Assembly (NCBI GenBank): GCA_020347605.1
Contig: CP070734.1
Span: 2,129,278 to 2,172,855, forward strand
DNA: 43,578 bases
Direction: 5' to 3'
DNA from: Deltaproteobacteria bacterium
GTDB taxonomy: Bacteria; Myxococcota_A; UBA9160; G020347605
Positions within the stretch are counted from its first letter, which is position 1; each line of letters begins with the position of its first letter. The translations under genes and the position numbers were made by a program. Positions 41,231-43,578 of this stretch are shown here, in pieces. The notes below the pieces were generated by a model. That model worked only from the letters and a program-made list of their open reading frames with translations, made no database searches and was not told the DNA's origin.

Positions 41231-42553
41231 GTGGCGGTGCCCGACCCCGTTGCCACGCCCCCGGCGCCGCGGCGTTCCGTCTGGCGAAATCCCTGGTGGA
41301 TTCCCCCGTTCCTGGGAAGCGTTCCGGCCGACGTCCGGCCGCAACACCTCTCCCTGCTCGGCGCGATCGCACTGGCGCTCGTGTTCGAGGAATACGACCT
41401 CGCGATGCTGACCGCGGCGCTGCCCTACATCGCCGCGGACCTGTCGATGGCCGAGATCGACTTCGGTCTGTATCTCGGAGTGATTCGCCTCGGCGCGTTG
41501 CCCGCCCTGTTCTTCATTCCCTTCGCCGATCGGATCGGCCGGCGACGGGTATTCCTGGCAGCGCTCGTGATCACGGCGCTCACGACCTTCCTGACCGGCT
41601 TCAGCCAGACGGCCGAGCAATTCGTGGCGCTCCAGATGTTCACGCGAACCTTCTTCGTCACGGGCTCGGCCGTGGCCTTCGTCGTCATCACCGAGGAGTT
41701 CCCGGCCGGGAACCGGGGCTGGGGAATCGGAATGCTCGGTGCGCTCGGCGCCTGCGGTCACGGCCTCGCCATGCTGCTCTACTCCGTGAGCGAGTACCTG
41801 CCCTACGGCTGGCGCGCGCTCTACTTCATCGGCGTGATCCCGATCTTCTTCCTCCCCATGTTCCGGCGCCGCATCCACGAGACGGAGCGCTTCACGCGAC
41901 ACGACGCCGACCGGGCCGGGTCTGCGAGCGAAACCGCGATCCAGCGCTGGGCGGGGCCGCTCGTCGAGCTGGCTCGGACGCACCCGGCGCGCGCCGTGGG
42001 GATCGCGGCGGTCGGATTCCTTCCGTCCGTGGGTCTCATCTCGGCCTTCCAGTTCACGGGCTACTTCACACAGGCGATCCACGGCTGGTCCCGGGCAGAG
42101 TACGCGGCGATGGTCTTCCTCGCCGGTGCGATCGGGATCATCGGCAACGTGGCGGCGGGTCACCTCGGCGACCGCTTCGGGAGACGTCGCGTGGGCTTCC
42201 TGCTGCTCGGCACGTTCCCGCTCTGGGTGACGGTCTTCTACAACGGCCCCGGCTGGAGCCTGCCCTTCATGTGGATCGGTCTCGTCTTCTCGTCTTCGGG
42301 CGGCCGCGTGATCCTGCGCGCGCTGGCGGCCGAGCTCTTTCCGACCTCGCAGCGGGCATCGTCCTCGGGACTGTTCGCAATCCTCGATACGCTCGGTGCC
42401 GCGCTGGGTCTGTTCATCCTGTACTTCGGAAGCGTGGAGCCCGGCGACTTCATCGGCATGACGTCGGCGCTCGCATTCGCCGTGTTCGCCGGGGCCGCGC
42501 TGCTGGTCTTCTTCCCGGAGACCCGGCGGCGCGAGCTCGAAGCCATCAGCTGA
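41231..42553 (+). CDS. MFS transporter
   Basis: About 12 hydrophobic helices are visible. The MFS loop motif FADRIGRRRVF lies between TM2 and TM3, and a second LGDRFGRRRVG lies in the C-terminal half. The GTG start follows ggagg (41218-41222); GTG 41237 is an alternative. Confidence 0.85.
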   Translation: MAVPDPVATPPAPRRSVWRNPWWIPPFLGSVPADVRPQHLSLLGAIALALVFEEYDLAMLTAALPYIAADLSMAEIDFGLYLGVIRLGALPALFFIPFADRIGRRRVFLAALVITALTTFLTGFSQTAEQFVALQMFTRTFFVTGSAVAFVVITEEFPAGNRGWGIGMLGALGACGHGLAMLLYSVSEYLPYGWRALYFIGVIPIFFLPMFRRRIHETERFTRHDADRAGSASETAIQRWAGPLVELARTHPARAVGIAAVGFLPSVGLISAFQFTGYFTQAIHGWSRAEYAAMVFLAGAIGIIGNVAAGHLGDRFGRRRVGFLLLGTFPLWVTVFYNGPGWSLPFMWIGLVFSSSGGRVILRALAAELFPTSQRASSSGLFAILDTLGAALGLFILYFGSVEPGDFIGMTSALAFAVFAGAALLVFFPETRRRELEAIS

Positions 42554-42556
42554 CCC

Positions 42557-43578
42557 GTGGCCGTGCACCTCCGCGACATCCAGGCCGCCGCCGAGGCGAT
42601 CGCCGGGAGCGTCGTGCGGACTCCCTGCACGCGATCCCGGACGCTTTCCGAGATCACCGGTGCGCAGGTGATCCTCAAGTTCGAGAACCACCAGTTCACC
42701 GCTTCGTTCAAGGACCGCGGCGCGCTCGTCAAGCTGCTCACGCTGACGCCGGAGGAGCGGAGCGCCGGCGTGATCGCCATGTCGGCGGGAAACCACGCCC
42801 AGGCCGTCGCCTATCACGCGCAGCGGCTCGGCATTCCCGCGACCATCGTGATGCCCCGCACCACGCCCAACGTGAAGGTCGAGCGTACGCGTGCCTTCGG
42901 CGCGGAGGTGATCCTGCACGGCGCCGGGCTCGACGCGGCGCGCGAGCACGCGGAGGCACTCGCCCGCCAGCGGAAGCTCGTGCTGGTCCACCCCTACGAC
43001 GACGAACACATCATCGCGGGCCAGGGAACGATCGCACTCGAGATGCTCGACGCGTTTCGCGACCTCGAGACGCTCGTGGTTCCGATCGGCGGCGGCGGAC
43101 TGATCGCCGGCGTGGCGACCGCGGCCAAGGCCTTGCGTCCGGAGATCGAGATCGTCGGCGTCGAGGCGGCGCGATTTCCGGCGATGCTTCAGGCGATCCG
43201 CGGAGAGCCGATCGAGTGCGGGAGCGAGACGCTCGCCGAAGGCATCGCGGTCGTGGAGCCGGGACGCTGCACGCTGCCCGTGATCCGGGAGCGGGTCGAC
43301 GAGATCCTGCTGGTCGGGGAAGGCGACATCGAGGCGGCGGTGCTGCTGCTGCTCGAGGTCGAGAAGACGGTCGTCGAGGGCGCCGGGGCGGCCGGTCTGG
43401 CCGCCCTGCTCCAGCACCGCAGCCGCTTCGCGGGCCGGCAGGTGGGCCTGATCCTGTCGGGCGGAAACATCGACCTGCTGGCGCTGTCCTCGATCATCCA
43501 GCGCGGGCTGGTGCGATCCGGACGCCTGGTGCGGCTGCACGTCGGGATCCCGGACGTGCCGGGTGCGCTCGCCGAGGT
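42557..43578 (+). CDS. PLP-dependent threonine ammonia-lyase (threonine dehydratase, IlvA/TdcB-type); 3' end outside the window
   Basis: This is my own translation, because the ORF is absent from the track (no stop within the window): VAVHLRDIQAAAEAIAGSVVRTPC...LKFENHQFTASFKDRGA (PLP Lys)...SAGNHAQAVAYHAQRLGIPATIVMP...VVPIGGGGLIAG...LSGGNID. It starts 3 nt after the MFS stop. Confidence 0.85.
   Translation, partial: MAVHLRDIQAAAEAIAGSVVRTPCTRSRTLSEITGAQVILKFENHQFTASFKDRGALVKLLTLTPEERSAGVIAMSAGNHAQAVAYHAQRLGIPATIVMPRTTPNVKVERTRAFGAEVILHGAGLDAAREHAEALARQRKLVLVHPYDDEHIIAGQGTIALEMLDAFRDLETLVVPIGGGGLIAGVATAAKALRPEIEIVGVEAARFPAMLQAIRGEPIECGSETLAEGIAVVEPGRCTLPVIRERVDEILLVGEGDIEAAVLLLLEVEKTVVEGAGAAGLAALLQHRSRFAGRQVGLILSGGNIDLLALSSIIQRGLVRSGRLVRLHVGIPDVPGALAE

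Noticed and set aside
1-43578. CRISPR arrays, tRNA/rRNA genes, IS elements, integrases, prophage or toxin-antitoxin/defence cassettes, and large direct or inverted repeats
   Set aside because: I recognised none. Intergenic regions are short (the longest is 382 nt) and contain no repeat-spacer periodicity or tRNA-like cloverleaf that I could see. Scans with tRNAscan-SE, Infernal, ISfinder and DefenseFinder would be needed for certainty.

Overview
43.6 kb of very GC-rich (about 70% by eye), densely coding bacterial chromosome. I support 39 CDS, two of them cut by the window edges. I recognised no rRNA, tRNA, CRISPR array, IS or transposase, integrase, phage gene or known defence gene. The lipobox lipoproteins, a BamE-like protein and TRL-like lipoproteins point to a Gram-negative-type envelope; I cannot assign the taxon. 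Because stop codons are rare at this GC content, many long alternate-frame and antisense ORFs in the track are spurious. I chose frames by recognisable family motifs, signal peptides, SD-like sites and start/stop coupling.

Layout:
- 1-11.2 kb: transport and envelope genes. These are an NCS2 permease 3' end, two secreted proteins with C-terminal sorting-like tails, an MscK-type channel, lipoproteins and a sulfatase-like enzyme.
- 11.2-19.4 kb: a coupled GH-like/DUF2804 pair, a zinc-ribbon/class III cyclase/STAND/TPR protein, an alpha/beta hydrolase and tandem TRL-like lipoproteins.
- 19.4-24.4 kb: CoA-thioester module 1 (CoA-transferase, SDR, ACAD, divergent AMP-ligase).
- 24.45-26.76 kb: a four-gene, fully overlapping operon of DUF1538, DUF1538, PII-like and CBS-pair genes.
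- 27.0-33.1 kb: an orphan NarGH/EbdAB-like molybdoenzyme alpha+beta pair with no Tat signal, gamma subunit or chaperone. A TetR gene lies next to it, and two small secreted proteins with an 'AGPPP' N-terminus bracket it.
- 33.15-41.1 kb: CoA-thioester module 2 (DUF35, a Cys-less Ltp2-like thiolase-fold protein, AMP-ligase, nitroreductase-like protein, ACAD, and two divergent tandem family III CoA-transferases).
- 41.2-43.6 kb: an MFS transporter and a threonine dehydratase 5' part.

The best candidates for an undescribed system are the DUF1538x2/PII-like/CBS membrane module and the cytoplasmic two-subunit type II Mo-bisPGD enzyme set among CoA-ester genes. All family assignments rest on by-eye motif recognition and need HMM or BLAST confirmation.
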